Below are positions 63,836 to 64,000 of a stretch of 64,000 bases of DNA, one piece after another; the first letter of the stretch is position 1; the number at the start of each line of letters is the position of its first letter. The translations under genes were made by a program, and so were the position numbers. Below the pieces are notes generated by a model. That model did not search any database. It saw only the letters and a program-made list of their open reading frames with translations, and was not told the origin of the DNA. This DNA is from Octopus bimaculoides (lineage: Eukaryota): NCBI RefSeq assembly GCF_001194135.2, contig NC_068984.1, positions 18,168,698 to 18,232,697 on the forward strand, read 5' to 3'.

Positions 63836-64000
63836 TGACAACTGACAACTGGTGTTGGTGGATTTATGTCCCCATAACTTAGCAGTTCAGCAAAAGGGAC
63901 CAATAAAATAAGCAAGTACCAGGCTTAAAAAGTACTGGGGTTGATTCATTCAACTAAAATTCTTCAAGGCAGTGCCCCAGCATGGCCACAGTCTGGTGAC
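63636..64000 (+). mobile_element. SINE family A copy running to the window end
   Basis: ggcacaggcatagctgtgtggtaagaaacttgct...aggttcagtcccactac...accttgggcaa. Confidence 0.8.

Overview
AT-rich, microsatellite- and SINE-dense animal genomic DNA with five N-gaps. The repeat content suggests an octopus/coleoid cephalopod (inference). The only host coding sequence I can support is two small + strand exons (39757-39814 and 49901-49993) of a kinesin-3 of the KIF13 type ([50 protein letters not shown]|G), separated by a 10,086-nt intron. No other exons were found, so most or all of the window is probably intronic. Almost all ORFs in the supplied track are low-complexity or repeat-derived noise. Transposon remnants include an uninterrupted RTE-clade RT segment (1-333, -), further RTE pieces, Tx1/L1-like, R4/Dong-like, CR1/L2-like and Penelope-like fragments, MITE-like hairpins and many tRNA-headed SINE copies. 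The most notable observation is two sequence-unrelated palindromic elements (22301-23371 and 59771-60326), each carrying an outward-pointing type I hammerhead ribozyme motif in both arms. The second family has a non-canonical CUGUUGA core. The motifs are read directly from the sequence; catalytic activity and any effect on the host gene are untested.
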